In this document: positions 49,551 to 60,884 of the stretch, in pieces | How positions within the stretch are numbered: position 1 is the stretch's first letter | Layout: every line of letters starts with the position of its first letter | NCBI GenBank assembly: GCA_021324235.1 | Contig: JAJPJM010000153.1 | Span: 471-64,470 of the forward strand | Direction: 5' to 3' | DNA: 64,000 nucleotides | DNA from: Verrucomicrobiota bacterium | GTDB taxonomy: Bacteria; Verrucomicrobiota; Verrucomicrobiia; Limisphaerales; UBA11358 | Notes under the pieces: generated by a model | Told to the model about the DNA's origin: nothing | What the model saw: the letters and a program-made list of their open reading frames with translations, nothing else | Database searches by the model: none | Made by a program: the position numbers and the translations under genes

Positions 49551-50216
49551 ATGAAAAGGCCATTCTATCAAACTTTCAAATTGACCGTCATCGGAATGGC
49601 GCTTTACGCCGGTGTCACCGGCTTGCGGGGACAATCCTCTTTTTCAATGCAGATTATCGCGGACAACGATTTCGCGGTGTTCGGCCGCACGGCGACCAGC
49701 GTCAACGACCTCATTTATCAGAACGATGCGGGTTGGCCCGACCAACTAAATAATCTTTCGACGATTACTTTTGATCTGCAACCCGGTGATACGACGTTCT
49801 ATCTGCTGGGCATGGGCGGCGGCGGGCAGGAAAACATCAGCGGAACGGTCAATGGCGTGGACATCACCACCATCAGCGTTTCCATGAGTTCGGACATCAG
49901 CCCTTACCTTACGGGATATGACCTTGGCGCGGTTGCGGCTGGGACGTTTGATGCAAATCTTTCCGACGTGCAGACGGCGCTGCCCAACCTGACCTGGGGC
50001 AGCCCGACGATCAACAACACCGATTACGTGATAACGCAAAGCCCCACCGGCCAGGGTTTTCATTTTGACGACAGTACCGCCGAACTTTTCGAGTTCGATG
50101 CGGTTGATGTTGGGGTCACCTCAACTCCCGAACCGGCCACGTGTTGGCTGCTGGCAGGCGCGGGCGCGGTCATTATCGCCAGCCGTGGTCGCCGCTCCTC
50201 TGCGCCTTACGCTTAA
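49551..50216 (+). CDS. Secreted PEP-CTERM-anchored protein
   Basis: ORF 49287..50216(+), trimmed to MKRPFYQTFKLTVIGMALYAGV. C-terminus TPEPATCWLLAGAGAVIIASRGRR. Confidence 0.7.
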   Translation: MKRPFYQTFKLTVIGMALYAGVTGLRGQSSFSMQIIADNDFAVFGRTATSVNDLIYQNDAGWPDQLNNLSTITFDLQPGDTTFYLLGMGGGGQENISGTVNGVDITTISVSMSSDISPYLTGYDLGAVAAGTFDANLSDVQTALPNLTWGSPTINNTDYVITQSPTGQGFHFDDSTAELFEFDAVDVGVTSTPEPATCWLLAGAGAVIIASRGRRSSAPYA

Positions 50217-50272
50217 GCCGTTTGTAGGAGCCGTGGTCCCCCTCCAACCCGCCCGCTCCGCCGGGTCAGGAT

Positions 50273-50821
50273 TTATTTCGCCGCCAGCGCAGCTTCGATG
50301 GCTTGAGTCACTGCCGCCGAATCGGGTTTCACCGGCGAGGCAAAACGGTTAAGGATTTTACCGTCGCGGCCGATCAGGAACTTGGTGAAGTTCCAGCCGA
50401 TGTCCCCGGGGAACGGCGAGTCCTTGCCCGCCAGCAACACGTACAGCGGATGGCGGTTGGCGCCGTTCACTTCAAGCTTGTCGAACATCGGAAAGGTCAC
50501 GTCGTATTTTGAGGTGCAGAATTGTTTAATTTCCACGTCCGTGCCGGGTTCCTGCTGGTGAAACTGGTTGCAGGGAAATCCGAGCACGACCAGACCCTGG
50601 GCCTGGTATTTCTGATAGAGCGCCTCCAACGCGGTGTATTGCGGGGTGAAGCCGCATTTGGACGCGACGTTGACGATGAGCAGGACCTTGCCCTGATACG
50701 GTTTCAATGAAGTGCTGTTGCCGTCAATATCCTTGAGCGGGATGTTGTAAATGGAATCCGCGGCGCGGGCGGCCAGGATTTGAAGAAATGTAATCGCGAT
50801 CAGTAGAGCAATTGCTTTCAT
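50273..50821 (-). CDS. Glutathione peroxidase-family protein (Cys type) with signal peptide
   Basis: Start moved to MKAIALLIAITFLQILAA. LIVNVASKCGFTPQY and FPCNQF motifs. Confidence 0.85.
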   Translation of the reverse strand: MKAIALLIAITFLQILAARAADSIYNIPLKDIDGNSTSLKPYQGKVLLIVNVASKCGFTPQYTALEALYQKYQAQGLVVLGFPCNQFHQQEPGTDVEIKQFCTSKYDVTFPMFDKLEVNGANRHPLYVLLAGKDSPFPGDIGWNFTKFLIGRDGKILNRFASPVKPDSAAVTQAIEAALAAK

Positions 50822-50971
50822 GACCGGAACGATGCCTCGGCTTGGGCGGGTTGTCAACCCGGTGCCGGCGGACGGGCGAAAATGCATTTTGGGGGGAACC
50901 TTTCAAGGGCTCGCGCCTCCTACCAACTGCAAGCACAAAGAGTTGTCCAAACAAGAAAAAGGAGAATTGTT

Positions 50972-52117
50972 ATGAAAAACAATCACAGTAAAATTCTGGT
51001 TTCAACCGGAGCCTGGTGCTCCGTTTTTGTCGCCGTCGGCGCGCTGGTTCTGGCCGGCACCGCATCGGCAGGCAATGTGCCACTGAGCCGCCACTTCAAC
51101 CAGCCCGGCAACCTCCTGATGGCCGACCAGTTCAATAACCGCGTCATCGAGACCGACCCGGCGGGCCGCATCGTCTGGCAGTTCGGATTGGGGCCGAATG
51201 ATTTTTCCGCCAAATCCATTGTCGGCTGCAATGACGCCCAGCGCGTCGGACCCTTCACCTTGATGGCGGGTACCGGCACGCCTCCCGGAGTGATTCCACA
51301 GGCCCCCGGTGGCGTGGCAGATAACCGGGTCATCCTGGTGGATCCCTTCGGCCACATCGTCTGGCAATACGGCCAGTTTGGGGTGACCGGTTCCGGTCCC
51401 AACCAGTTGAGCACGCCGGTGCAATCCACCTGGTTGCCGGATACGGATGTGCTCATCTCCGATCAGGGTAACAACCGGATCATTGAAGTGAACCTGCGCA
51501 AACATATCGTCTGGCAGTATCCGGGTTCAAACACGAATGCGTCCGACCAGCTCAGCAGCCCGAATTCCGCCGAGTTGCTTGAAAACGGCCACATCCTCAT
51601 CTCCGACGAAGGGAATTCCCGGGCCCTCGAGGTTGCCCGTGACGATCATATCGTCAAAACTTTCACCGCCGGCGGCACGGTGGGCGCGGTGGCGTTTGCC
51701 AGCCGCCTTGACGACGGTGATACGTTGCTGACCGATGCCGGTAATTCCCGCGCCGTCGAGGTGGACGCCAACGACAACGTGGTCTGGCAATTTTTCACCG
51801 ACACCGACCCGCTGAGTGTTCCCGCGCCGGCGCCCACCCGGGCCATCCGTTTACGCAACGGCGACACGTTGATCAGCGACCAGTTCAACAACCGCGTCAT
51901 CCGGGTCAGTCCGGCTGGCATGATTGTGGCCGACTACGGCCTGCCGTTGACGGGCATGGCGCTGCCGGGCACCGGCGGCGTGATTGGCAGCAACGTGGGC
52001 TACGACCTTCACACCACGCAAAACGGATTATACTCGCCTTATGATGCGAAAATAATCGGCGATTTTACCGGGTTGACCCCGCCGTTTGATTTCGACAATG
52101 ACGCGGATGACTTTTGA
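50972..52117 (+). CDS. Secreted six-bladed beta-propeller (NHL-like repeat) protein
   Basis: Start moved to MKNNHSKILV. Repeats of the (A/S/T)DQ(F/G)NNR(V/I)IE(V/T)..(G/K)xIVWQ(F/Y) type occur 5-6 times. Confidence 0.65.
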   Translation: MKNNHSKILVSTGAWCSVFVAVGALVLAGTASAGNVPLSRHFNQPGNLLMADQFNNRVIETDPAGRIVWQFGLGPNDFSAKSIVGCNDAQRVGPFTLMAGTGTPPGVIPQAPGGVADNRVILVDPFGHIVWQYGQFGVTGSGPNQLSTPVQSTWLPDTDVLISDQGNNRIIEVNLRKHIVWQYPGSNTNASDQLSSPNSAELLENGHILISDEGNSRALEVARDDHIVKTFTAGGTVGAVAFASRLDDGDTLLTDAGNSRAVEVDANDNVVWQFFTDTDPLSVPAPAPTRAIRLRNGDTLISDQFNNRVIRVSPAGMIVADYGLPLTGMALPGTGGVIGSNVGYDLHTTQNGLYSPYDAKIIGDFTGLTPPFDFDNDADDF

Positions 52118-52155
52118 CGAGATGATTTGTTTCCGGGAACGACGCTGAATGGAAG

Positions 52156-52189
52156 GCGGGCCGGCCTAAAGCCGGCCCGCTTTCTCTTT
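52156..52189 (+). terminator. Intrinsic terminator after the propeller gene
   Basis: GCGGGCCGGC-ctaaa-GCCGGCCCGC followed by tttctcttt. Perfect 10-bp stem. Confidence 0.7.
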
Positions 52190-52207
52190 GCCCGACTTGA
52201 AGTATCG

Positions 52208-53299
52208 TCAACGCGTAATCCACCCGCCGCCGAGAACCAGATCGTCCTGATAGAACACGGCGGCCTGGCCGGGCGTGATGGCGCGTTGCGGCGTGTGCAA
52301 CTTCACCTTCACCGCGCCGTTTGCCATCGGCGTCACCGTTGCGGGCGTGCCGGGATGGTTGTAACGGATCTTTGCAGTCACTTCGACCGGCTCTGCCAGT
52401 TGGTCGAAGGGGATCCAATTGCAATTCATCGCCGTGAAGTCGTCCCGGTCAAGCGCCAATTCATCGCCGATTACAACGCGGTTGTTCTCCGCGTCCAGTT
52501 CAACCACATAAACCGGTTTGGGCGTGGTGATGCCCAGGCCCTTGCGTTGACCGATGGTGTAAAATGCAATGCCGTCGTGATGGCCGAGCACGTGACCATG
52601 GACGTCCGTGATTTCGCCGCGATGCTTCTGGACGAGATTCGCCGACTGGAGAAAGCCGCCGTAATTATTGTCCGGCACGAAGCAGATTTCCATGCTCTCT
52701 TCCTTGTCGGCGGTCTTGAGCCGGCAATGCCGCGCCACTTCGCGGGTGTCACTTTTGGTCTTTTCACCGAGCGGAAACAACGCACGCGCCAACTGGTCCT
52801 GACGCAATGAGAACAGGAAGTAACTCTGGTCCTTCTTCAAGTCCCGTCCGCGCTTGAGAAGATAACGAGTTGTGGTAGGGCTTTCGACACGTTCAATCCG
52901 CGCGAAATGGCCGGTGGCGATGTAATCCGCGCCGAGCTGGCGGGCCCGGTCAATCAGCCGGCCAAACTTGAGATTCTGATTGCACATCACGCACGGATTC
53001 GGCGTGCGGCCGGCCTTGTATTCGTCGGCGAAGTATTGGATGACGTGCTTCTGGAATTCCGCCGCCTCATCAATCAGGTAGTACGGGATGTCGAGCGTGT
53101 GGCAGACGGCGCGCGCGTCACTGACCGCCTGCGGGCCGCAGCACTTGTCCTCGGCGCGGTTCACGCAATCCTGCGGCCAGAGCTTGAGCGTGATGCCGAT
53201 GACTTCGTAGCCCTGCTCGAGCAACAGCGCCGCCGTGGCGGAGGAGTCCACTCCCCCGCTCATGCCGCAGACCACGCGCTGGCGCTTTTGCGAATTCAC
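52208..53299 (-). CDS. mnmA: tRNA-specific 2-thiouridylase
   Basis: VVCGMSGGVDSSATAALL PP-loop; 363 aa. Confidence 0.9.
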   Translation of the reverse strand: MNSQKRQRVVCGMSGGVDSSATAALLLEQGYEVIGITLKLWPQDCVNRAEDKCCGPQAVSDARAVCHTLDIPYYLIDEAAEFQKHVIQYFADEYKAGRTPNPCVMCNQNLKFGRLIDRARQLGADYIATGHFARIERVESPTTTRYLLKRGRDLKKDQSYFLFSLRQDQLARALFPLGEKTKSDTREVARHCRLKTADKEESMEICFVPDNNYGGFLQSANLVQKHRGEITDVHGHVLGHHDGIAFYTIGQRKGLGITTPKPVYVVELDAENNRVVIGDELALDRDDFTAMNCNWIPFDQLAEPVEVTAKIRYNHPGTPATVTPMANGAVKVKLHTPQRAITPGQAAVFYQDDLVLGGGWITR

Positions 53300-53375
53300 A
53301 GTGTGACATTATACAAGGCGCGGGCGGCGTGTAAAATGGTTTGCGAAGGACGTTAAAGAAATGGTGACTTCCGAT

Positions 53376-55103
53376 TTAACGGATGGCGGCTGAATAATCC
53401 CAGTGATTGGTGCTTGCATGATGTTCCGGGGGCCTTCCACGCATAACCCTCCAATCTGTTATGTACGTTTTCGTCGTTAGTTCAGGGACCGGCGAGAAAT
53501 GGACTGTTTTCCTGATTGTTTCGAGATTTCCAGTTATGGTGCAGGCGACGACAAAATTTGGTTTTGCGTTCGGTGCATCCGCATAAGATGGACGATATAC
53601 CGTCAATTGGAAACTGCTTGGCAAAGTCGCTCCGGCGAAATTCGTCCAAGTCAAATTCTGAAAACGTCCTTCAATAAAGCCTTTATCATACGGCGCTCGT
53701 ATTTTTTCGTATCCCAATTTATATCCGAGACCCTGGTCGAGCTGTGAAACCGGATAATATCCATCCGAATACCAAGTGATTTCCTTAACAAACGAAGAAT
53801 CATTCATGCTCCATTTTGAGGGGAGTTTCATCCTTGGAACAAATTCCGCCAGAAAATCCCTGTCCGCAAATATTGGCGAAAACGCACTGGCGTCATTCAG
53901 ACTGGCAAAATATGGTTCGGAACAATAAGCCAGCCAGACAGCGGGAATCAAACTGGTTTCCATGCAAGGTGGTGAATCGGCTTTCTCTACCCTGCCTTGT
54001 GCGAGGGAATAATTGCCAGACCGGATTATTTCACGGGAGAAAGTTGGCAGCACTTTCCCTTTATCCTCTTGTTCCAAAGTATAGAGATTTGTCCCGTCAT
54101 ATCCCATCTCTTCAAACAAATCCAATGATTCGGCAGGAGATCCGCCAAAACCAGTTCGTTCCTGTTTTTGATCAATGGTCCGGATCTTCCACAACCCGCC
54201 ATTTCTTGTGGCGACAAAGAGTTTTGTGTCTTTGTAAGAGGAGTCGCCCAATTCCATTGAATAGGTAATGGTGCCCTCGGCTTCAAAGGAGATTTCTTTT
54301 GCTTCCAGCTGGTTGATTGCAACAGCGCCGCCGACAAATAATGTTGCCGCACAAATTCCAATTGCGAATTTGATTTTTAGCCAGGTCATCGTTTTCATGG
54401 TTCCTTTTACCAGGGTCAGGGTTGATGCCGCGGCAATTGACCCTTTTACCAGCGCAACGGCGGTCACGGATTTTGCCAATGCCACCGGCGCCGCTTGAAC
54501 GGAATGGGTGGAAATCGCCCCGGCCAGGATGGCCGTGGTGGAACTCACACCGCGCTTGGTGAAGAATTTCCGCAGCTTCTCCAGCGCGCGGTTCACGCGC
54601 ATCTTGGCCGCGTCTTCGCTCGCGCCCAGCGCCGCGCCCACTTCCGCAAAATTCTTGTTTTCGAAAAATCGCAACACGAGCGCATCGTGATCTTTCCGGC
54701 CGAGCTGTTCCAGCGCGCCGTCCAGCAGCGGGGCGATCTGGTTCCAAGTTTCTTCACCGATGGACGGCGACGAGGCGTCGCTGTCACTTGTCAAAATGTT
54801 TTGCATGTGCGCCTCCTGTTCGCGGTGTTGCCGTCGCCGTTGAATGGTCAGCGCATTGGCGCTGGCGTATCGTGCCGTGCGGCACAGCCAGCCGCTTAAA
54901 ATCGTTTTGTCGCCGAGCGAACCCGCCTTGCGCGCCAGAATGATGAAGACCGCCTGCGTGATTTCCTCGGCCAGGTGCGGGTCGCGCACCTGTCGCAGCG
55001 CCACGGAATAAACCAGATTGACATGGCGCGAAACGAGCGCCGCGAACGCTTCCTCGGATTGGCGTCGGGCGTATTCCCGCAGCAGGGTCAGGTCGTCGTT
55101 CAT
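53376..55103 (-). CDS. ECF sigma factor fused through a TM helix to a roughly 310-aa extracytoplasmic domain
   Basis: N-terminal sigma regions 2 and 4 ([28 protein letters not shown]; [27 protein letters not shown]). An Ala-rich segment and a TM helix ([23 protein letters not shown]) follow, then a low-GC C-terminal domain. Confidence 0.75.
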   Translation of the reverse strand: MNDDLTLLREYARRQSEEAFAALVSRHVNLVYSVALRQVRDPHLAEEITQAVFIILARKAGSLGDKTILSGWLCRTARYASANALTIQRRRQHREQEAHMQNILTSDSDASSPSIGEETWNQIAPLLDGALEQLGRKDHDALVLRFFENKNFAEVGAALGASEDAAKMRVNRALEKLRKFFTKRGVSSTTAILAGAISTHSVQAAPVALAKSVTAVALVKGSIAAASTLTLVKGTMKTMTWLKIKFAIGICAATLFVGGAVAINQLEAKEISFEAEGTITYSMELGDSSYKDTKLFVATRNGGLWKIRTIDQKQERTGFGGSPAESLDLFEEMGYDGTNLYTLEQEDKGKVLPTFSREIIRSGNYSLAQGRVEKADSPPCMETSLIPAVWLAYCSEPYFASLNDASAFSPIFADRDFLAEFVPRMKLPSKWSMNDSSFVKEITWYSDGYYPVSQLDQGLGYKLGYEKIRAPYDKGFIEGRFQNLTWTNFAGATLPSSFQLTVYRPSYADAPNAKPNFVVACTITGNLETIRKTVHFSPVPELTTKTYITDWRVMRGRPPEHHASTNHWDYSAAIR

Positions 55104-55291
55104 GATTTCACTGATATATTTACGCCAACGCGAAGAGGTAACAGATTATTTTTGAGGCGACGTAGCGGCTTTCGGGAGAAAGCCGGATCCTTTATTTTGT
55201 GAAGTTGGCGGCGTTCTGCCGAGACGCCGCTACGGGGAACTAAAACGGCTTTTTACAAACGTACCCGCCCCCATTACTTTGGATTCGATTT

Positions 55292-56062
55292 ATGAATGCC
55301 GCAGGCAGGACATCTTTGTTGCTCATGGGAATGAGTCTGATGTTTGCCGCGCCAACCTTCGCCGGTCCGCCGTTTTTGACCGACGACCCGGAACCGGTGG
55401 ATTATCAGCATTGGGAATTTTATCTGTTCGGCATCGGTGACCACGCCAGCGTTAATAATTACGCCATCGGCGGTCCGGCGGTGGAATTGAATTACGGCGT
55501 GTTGCCTGATACACAACTCCATTTGATTGTGCCAATGACCACCGTGGGCGTTGATGGTGCGCCGACCGAGGTTGGATTGGGCGACATGGAATTGGGCATG
55601 AAATACCGGTTCGTGCATGAAACGGACACCTGGCCGCAAATCGGCATCTTCCCGATGGCGGAATTGCCGGCGGGCGAGGCCAGCCGGGGTTTGGGCAACG
55701 GCCGGACCTGGTTTCGCCTGCCGTTGTGGCTGCAAAAGAGCCGGGGGCCGTGGACGACTTATGGCGGCGGCGGCGCGGCCTTGAATTCCGCGCCCGGCCA
55801 GCGCGATTATCCCTTCGGCGGCTGGCTGGTGCAGCGCGATTTTGGCCCGCACCTGACGCTCGGCGGCGAACTTTTTGCGCAAGGGCGGGACACAGACACC
55901 GACCGCGGTTTTGCCGCGCTCAATTTCGGCGGTTCCTGCAATTTCAGCGAACATTTCAGCCTGTTGTTCAGTGCCGGGCACAGTGTGGCCGGCGACAATC
56001 ACCTGCTCTGGTATTTCGGACTTTACTGGACCTGGGGGCCGGAAAAATCCTCCCAACCCTGA
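55292..56062 (+). CDS. Outer-membrane beta-barrel protein (MetA-pathway/phenol-degradation-like OMP family)
   Basis: Signal peptide ..MFAAPTFA, then GPPFLTDDPEPVDYQHWEFY, characteristic of this family. Ends ..LYWTWGPE... Confidence 0.6.
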   Translation: MNAAGRTSLLLMGMSLMFAAPTFAGPPFLTDDPEPVDYQHWEFYLFGIGDHASVNNYAIGGPAVELNYGVLPDTQLHLIVPMTTVGVDGAPTEVGLGDMELGMKYRFVHETDTWPQIGIFPMAELPAGEASRGLGNGRTWFRLPLWLQKSRGPWTTYGGGGAALNSAPGQRDYPFGGWLVQRDFGPHLTLGGELFAQGRDTDTDRGFAALNFGGSCNFSEHFSLLFSAGHSVAGDNHLLWYFGLYWTWGPEKSSQP

Positions 56063-56190
56063 TTTGTCCGGCCATAGAACCTTCCAGAATCCGGAACGGG
56101 CCATGTACAATCTCCCGGCTTGGTGTAAGGTGAGACGGGCGTGTGGATTTTGAAAACATTTATTGCGTAATGATGAAATTTGAGTAAAAA

Positions 56191-59100
56191 ATGAGTGAAC
56201 GAAGGCTAATTCGCCAAGCGATGACCCGAAGCTTAACAGCAAGCGCTAATGTCAACCGGCCGGCGCAGCTCACTGCACCGCCGAAACAAGGGCTTTACGA
56301 TCCGCAATTTGAACATGATTCCTGCGGGGTGGGATTTGTGGTCAACATGAAGGGACGCAAGTCGCACCAGTTGGTGTCCGACGCCCTGCAGATCCTCGTG
56401 AACCTCGACCATCGCGGCGCGTGCGGGTGTGAGGCCAACACCGGCGATGGCGCCGGCATCCTCATGCAGACGCCGCACGAGTTCCTGCTCAAGGTCACGG
56501 ACCGGGCCGGGTTCAAGCTCCCCGCCGCCGGGCAATACGGCGTCGGCATGTTGTTCCTGCCGAAAAATCCGGCCGAACGCGAGGCCGTCAAGGCGGCGTT
56601 TGCCGGGATCGTCGCCGGGGAAGGCCAGACCTTGCTCGGCTGGCGCGACGTGCCCACCGACAACTCCTCGCTGGGCAAAACCGCCGTGGCAGCCGAGCCG
56701 CACATGGCGCAGGTGTTCATCGGCCGCAACCCGGCGCTGAAGGACGACCTCGCGTTCGAACGCAAACTTTACGTCGTCCGCAAGGTTGCGGAACAGCGCA
56801 TCCGTTACGCCGGCAAAGTCGCCGGCGGCAAGTGGTTTTACGTCTCCAGCCTCTCCTGCCGGACAGTGATTTACAAGGGCATGCTCATGCCCGAACAGGT
56901 CGCCAAATATTATCCCGACCTGCGCGACCCCGGTATGATTACGGCGCTGGCGCTGGTGCATTCCCGTTTTTCGACCAACACCTTTCCGAGTTGGGACCGC
57001 AGCCATCCATACCGTTACATCGCGCACAACGGCGAAATCAACACGCTGCGCGGCAACATCAACTGGATGCACGCCGCCCAGTCGAATTTTGCCTCCGAGC
57101 TGTTCGGTGACGACATTAAAAAAATCATCCCGATCATCAACACCGACGGCAGCGATTCGGCGATGTTCGACAACTGCCTCGAATTGCTGGTCATGGCGGG
57201 CCGCGAATTGCCGCACGCGATGATGATGATGATTCCCGAGCCATGGGAGAACCACGAGAGCATGAGCGCGGAGAAGCGCGCATTCTATGAATATCATTCG
57301 TGTCTCATGGAACCCTGGGACGGCCCGGCGTCCATCGCGTTTACGGACGGCAAGGTGATTGGCGCGTGCCTCGACCGCAACGGCCTGCGCCCGTCGCGTT
57401 ATTATGTCACCAAGGACGACCTGGTCATCATGGCGTCGGAGGCGGGCGTGCTGGAAATTCCGCCGGAACGGATTGCCATCAAGGGCCGGCTGCAGCCGGG
57501 CCGGATGTTTCTGGTGGACCTCGAGCAGGGCCGCATCGTTGCCGATGAGGAACTGAAGAACAAATTTGCCCGGGCGCAGCCGTATCAAAAGTGGCTGGCG
57601 GAACATCACGTGCTGCTTGAGAAGCTGCCGGAGCCGTCGTCCGTGCACGAACCGGATTACGCGACGATATTGCAGCGTCAGCAGGCGTTTGGTTACACCT
57701 TTGAAGATTTGCGTTTTATCATCGGGCCGATGGCCAATGACGGCGTGCAGCCGCTGGGTTCCATGGGCACGGACACGCCGCTGGCGGTGCTGTCGAACAA
57801 ACCGCAATTGCTGTACAACTATTTCAAGCAATTGTTTGCGCAGGTGACAAACCCGCCGATCGATCCGATCCGCGAGGAGATCATCACCTCGACGGAAACG
57901 ATGGTGGGTCCGCGGGGCAGTCTGCTCCAGCCGACCCCGGAAAGTTGCCGGCTGATCAAGTTGAAATATCCGATTCTCACCAACGAGGAATTGGAAAAGT
58001 TGCGCCACGTGGACGGCAAGGCCTTCCAGTGTGCGACGCTGCCGATTTTGTTTCCGGTGGCCGAAGGTGCGAAAGGGCTGGCGACCGCGGTGGACCAACT
58101 GTTTGCCGCGGCGGACCGGGCCATTGCCGGTGGCGCCAACATCCTCCTTCTCTCGGATCGCGGCATCGGCGCGCAACAGGCGCCGATTCCGGCGTTGCTC
58201 GCGGTGGCGGGCCTGCACCATCATTTGATCCGGGCGGGAACGCGGGGCCGGGTGGGTTTGGTCCTCGAATCCGGCGAACCGCGCGAGGTCCATCATTTTG
58301 CGTTGCTCATCGGTTATGGCTGCAGCGCCATCAACCCGTATCTGGCCTTTGAGGCGATCGACGACCTGATCCAGGAGGGCTTGCTCCTCAAGCTCGACCA
58401 CAAAACCGCCGTCAAGAAATACATCAAGGCGGCCGTCAAGGGTGTCGTGAAGACAATGGCCAAGATGGGCATCTCGACGGTCCAAAGTTATCGCGGCGCA
58501 CAGATTTTTGAGGCCGTCGGCCTCAACGGTGAGGTGGTGGACAAGTATTTCACCTGGACGCCGTCGCGCATTCAGGGTGTGGGCATGGACGTGCTGGCGG
58601 AGGAGGTTCTGGCACGGCATCGTCACGCGTTTCCGGACCGCCCGGTGAACGGCGTGCTGGATCCGGGCGGCCAGTATCAATGGCGCGACGGCGGCGAATA
58701 TCATCTGTTCAATCCCCAGACGATTCACAAATTGCAAATCGCCTGCCGGCTCGGCAGTTACAAGATTTTCAAGGAATATGCCGAACTGATCAATAATCAG
58801 GCGGCGCACCTCTGCACGCTGCGCGGCCTGTTGGATTTCAAATTCACGGCCAACCCGATTCCGATCGAGGAAGTCGAACCGGTCGGCGAAATCGTGAAAC
58901 GGTTCAAGACCGGCGCGATGAGTTACGGCTCGATTTCGAAGGAAGCGCATGAAGCGCTCGCCGTCGCGATGAACCGTTTGGGCGGCAAGTCCAACACGGG
59001 CGAAGGTGGCGAAGATCCCGACCGCTATATCCCGTTGCCCAACGGTGATTCGAAAAATTCCGCCATCAAACAGGTCGCGTCGGGCCGGTTCGGCGTGACG

Positions 59101-60858
59101 AGCCATTACCTCGTCAACGCCCGGGAACTGCAGATCAAGATGGCCCAGGGCGCGAAACCGGGCGAAGGCGGCGAACTGCCGGGCAAGAAGGTTTATCCCT
59201 GGGTCGCCAAGACGCGGTTTACCACGCCGGGGGTCGGCCTCATTTCGCCGCCGCCGCATCACGATATTTATTCCATCGAAGACCTGGCGGAGTTGATTCA
59301 TGATTTGAAGAACTCAAACCGTGGTGCGCGGGTGAGCGTCAAGCTGGTCGCCGAAGTTGGCGTGGGCACCATTGCCGCCGGCGTGGCGAAGGCGCATGCG
59401 GACGTGGTTTTGATTTCCGGTCACGATGGCGGCACCGGCGCGTCGCCATTGTCGTCCATCAAACATGCCGGCGCGCCGTGGGAACTCGGCCTCGCCGAGA
59501 CGCACCAGACGCTCGTGCTCAATAATCTCCGCAGCCGCATTTACGTGGAGGCGGACGGCCAGTTGAAGACCGGCCGCGACGTGGCCGTGGCTGCGCTGCT
59601 CGGCGCGGAGGAATTTGGTTTTGCGACCGCGCCGCTGGTGGTGCCGGGCTGCATCATGATGCGTGTCTGCCACTTGAACACGTGCCCGGTCGGCGTGGCC
59701 ACGCAGGACCCGCGCCTGCGTGCGCGGTTCACCGGTGACCCTGATCACGTCGAGAATTTCATGCGGTTCGTGGCCGAGGAGCTGCGCGAAATCATGGCCC
59801 GACTGGGTTTTCGCAAGCTCAACGAAATGATTGGCCGCACGGACAAATTGGTTCCCTGGAAAGCCATCGAGCATTGGAAGGCGAAAGGGCTGGACCTGAC
59901 GCCGATTTTGCATCAGCCGGAAGTCGGGCCGGAAGTCGGCCGTTACCGGCAGATTGACCAGGACCACGGTCTGGAGAAGTCGCTGGACGTGTCGAAGCTC
60001 CTTGCCATTTGCGAGCCGGCCATTGAACGCGGCGAGCGCGTTCATGCGGCTTTGCCCATCCGGAACGTCAACCGCGTCGTCGGCACGATCGTGGGCAGCG
60101 ATGTGACGAAAAAGCAGGGCCCGAATGGCCTGCCGGACGACACGATTCATCTGAAGTTCACCGGCAGCGCCGGCCAGAGCCTGGGCGCATTCATGCCCCG
60201 TGGAATGACGATTGACCTGGAGGGCGATGCCAACGACTATTTTGGCAAGGGTTTGAGCGGCGGCAAAATCATCGTTTATCCGCCCAAAGGCTCAACTTTT
60301 GTCGCCGAGGAGAACATCATCATCGGCAACGTGGCCCTGTACGGCGCGACGAACGGCGAAGTGTTCGTGCGCGGCATGGCGGGCGAACGTTTCGGGGTGC
60401 GTAATTCCGGCGTCAGCGCGGTGGTGGAGGCCATTGGCGACCATGGTTGCGAATACATGACCGGCGGGCGCGTGGTGGTGTTGGGCCGGACCGGACGCAA
60501 TTTCGCGGCGGGCATGTCCGGAGGGGTTGCCTATGTGCTGGACGAGGCCGGCGATTTCGCGACGCGCTGCAACCCGGATTTGGTGGGCCTGGAAAAACTC
60601 GAGGACGTTGACGAAATCGAGGAAATCTGGAAATTAATCCAACGCCACCGGACTTATACGAACAGCGAACGGGCGGCGAAGGTGCTGGCGGATTGGAAGA
60701 TCCTGGTGCCAAAATTTGTGAAGGTGATGCCGAAGGATTACAAGCGTGTGCTGCAGGCCTTGAAGAAGGTCAAGGAACAGGGGCTGAGCGGCGACCAGGC
60801 CATCATGGCCGCATTTGAGGAAAACATTCGCGACGTCGCGCGTGTCGGCGGCGGTTGA
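56191..60858 (+). CDS. gltB: Glutamate synthase large subunit
   Basis: 1555 aa. Propeptide followed by the catalytic Cys ([11 protein letters not shown]). FMN and Fe-S domains and a C-terminal GXGXG domain. Confidence 0.95.
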   Translation: MSERRLIRQAMTRSLTASANVNRPAQLTAPPKQGLYDPQFEHDSCGVGFVVNMKGRKSHQLVSDALQILVNLDHRGACGCEANTGDGAGILMQTPHEFLLKVTDRAGFKLPAAGQYGVGMLFLPKNPAEREAVKAAFAGIVAGEGQTLLGWRDVPTDNSSLGKTAVAAEPHMAQVFIGRNPALKDDLAFERKLYVVRKVAEQRIRYAGKVAGGKWFYVSSLSCRTVIYKGMLMPEQVAKYYPDLRDPGMITALALVHSRFSTNTFPSWDRSHPYRYIAHNGEINTLRGNINWMHAAQSNFASELFGDDIKKIIPIINTDGSDSAMFDNCLELLVMAGRELPHAMMMMIPEPWENHESMSAEKRAFYEYHSCLMEPWDGPASIAFTDGKVIGACLDRNGLRPSRYYVTKDDLVIMASEAGVLEIPPERIAIKGRLQPGRMFLVDLEQGRIVADEELKNKFARAQPYQKWLAEHHVLLEKLPEPSSVHEPDYATILQRQQAFGYTFEDLRFIIGPMANDGVQPLGSMGTDTPLAVLSNKPQLLYNYFKQLFAQVTNPPIDPIREEIITSTETMVGPRGSLLQPTPESCRLIKLKYPILTNEELEKLRHVDGKAFQCATLPILFPVAEGAKGLATAVDQLFAAADRAIAGGANILLLSDRGIGAQQAPIPALLAVAGLHHHLIRAGTRGRVGLVLESGEPREVHHFALLIGYGCSAINPYLAFEAIDDLIQEGLLLKLDHKTAVKKYIKAAVKGVVKTMAKMGISTVQSYRGAQIFEAVGLNGEVVDKYFTWTPSRIQGVGMDVLAEEVLARHRHAFPDRPVNGVLDPGGQYQWRDGGEYHLFNPQTIHKLQIACRLGSYKIFKEYAELINNQAAHLCTLRGLLDFKFTANPIPIEEVEPVGEIVKRFKTGAMSYGSISKEAHEALAVAMNRLGGKSNTGEGGEDPDRYIPLPNGDSKNSAIKQVASGRFGVTSHYLVNARELQIKMAQGAKPGEGGELPGKKVYPWVAKTRFTTPGVGLISPPPHHDIYSIEDLAELIHDLKNSNRGARVSVKLVAEVGVGTIAAGVAKAHADVVLISGHDGGTGASPLSSIKHAGAPWELGLAETHQTLVLNNLRSRIYVEADGQLKTGRDVAVAALLGAEEFGFATAPLVVPGCIMMRVCHLNTCPVGVATQDPRLRARFTGDPDHVENFMRFVAEELREIMARLGFRKLNEMIGRTDKLVPWKAIEHWKAKGLDLTPILHQPEVGPEVGRYRQIDQDHGLEKSLDVSKLLAICEPAIERGERVHAALPIRNVNRVVGTIVGSDVTKKQGPNGLPDDTIHLKFTGSAGQSLGAFMPRGMTIDLEGDANDYFGKGLSGGKIIVYPPKGSTFVAEENIIIGNVALYGATNGEVFVRGMAGERFGVRNSGVSAVVEAIGDHGCEYMTGGRVVVLGRTGRNFAAGMSGGVAYVLDEAGDFATRCNPDLVGLEKLEDVDEIEEIWKLIQRHRTYTNSERAAKVLADWKILVPKFVKVMPKDYKRVLQALKKVKEQGLSGDQAIMAAFEENIRDVARVGGG

Positions 60859-60884
60859 TTTAAGTTAAATCGGAAAGTCTCAAG

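Noticed and set aside
55161-55263. Structured region (CGTAGCGGC...GCCGCTACG outer stem, GGCTTTC-ggga-GAAAGCC inner hairpin plus T-rich tail) and a GGGGAAC...CGTA string upstream of the OMP gene, considered as an ECF promoter or attenuator
   Set aside because: The spacer between GGAAC and CGTA is 19 nt, longer than usual. The hairpin would lie upstream of that promoter, and no upstream forward-strand gene needs a terminator. The evidence is too weak to call.
56233-59301. 1022-aa ORF antisense to gltB. Similar long antisense ORFs occur elsewhere: 265-1497(+), 2320-3492(-), 5776-7062(+), 10521-12182(+), 14748-15779(-), 16506-17531(-), 42922-43941(+) and 47814-48863(+).
   Set aside because: Each lies opposite a gene with an unmistakable conserved product. 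Their translations are Arg/Gly/Ala/His-rich low-complexity strings, typical of stop-codon-poor antisense frames in high-GC DNA.
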